Shown here: positions 63,992 to 64,000 of the stretch, piece after piece
Position numbering within the stretch: the first letter of the stretch is position 1
How the letters are laid out: the number at the start of each line of letters is the position of its first letter
From: a virus
Lineage: Duplodnaviria > Caudoviricetes
Strand: one strand, 5' to 3'
DNA: 64,000 bases
IMG/VR virus record: IMGVR_UViG_3300021411_000006
Span: 1-64,000 of that record
The notes under the pieces: model-generated
Told to the model about the DNA's origin: nothing
The model's database searches: none
The model's input: the letters and a program-made list of their open reading frames with translations, nothing else
Program-made: the position numbers and the translations under genes

Positions 63992-64000
63992 CAGGGCTTT

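Larger units (their letters stand above)
1..64000. mobile_element. Temperate tailed bacteriophage (podovirus-like, probable Bacteroidota host); window lies entirely in phage DNA
   Basis: Integrase, XRE repressor, primase-helicase, TerL, portal, capsid, ejection proteins and lysis cassette form coherent operons; no host core genes; TAnnTTTG promoters. Confidence 0.95.

Noticed and set aside
1-64000. CRISPR array or mini-array
   Set aside because: No run of equal-length repeats with unique spacers seen; the repeats found are att arms, hairpins or coding motifs
1-64000. Stop-codon reassignment as in some crAss-like phages
   Set aside because: Long genes are intact in the standard code, and TAG, TGA and TAA all end genes at operon-consistent positions

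Overview
The whole window is one temperate tailed-phage genome with no host housekeeping genes. The host is probably a Bacteroidota species, judged from TAnnTTTG promoters, SD-less A-rich starts and Gln-initial mature secreted proteins. The left arm (+ strand, 1-18.5 kb) holds early and accessory genes, an XRE repressor switch, structured RNAs with an initiator-type tRNA-Met, an SSB-like gene, a replication initiator, a Twinkle/T7-gp4-like primase-helicase and a VRR-NUC nuclease. The centre has a tyrosine integrase beside an apparently intact attP. The right arm (- strand, 21-59.8 kb) is a podovirus-like late operon. In transcription order it encodes a tandem GroES, ring/nozzle proteins, three ejection proteins (one of 3064 aa), terminase, portal, scaffold, major capsid, a fibre cluster and a holin/u-spanin/endolysin cassette. 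Small accessory genes fill 60-64 kb. Three findings stand out. (1) Five consecutive fibre-module genes, including a putative fibre chaperone, each start with a Sec-type signal peptide, which suggests virion fibres are exported and assembled outside the cytoplasm. (2) A small gene ending at 5158 has a textbook -1 ribosomal frameshift signal. (3) An 11-nt motif lies just before the start codons of the terminase, capsid and endolysin genes. All protein family calls are from motif recognition by eye, not database searches.
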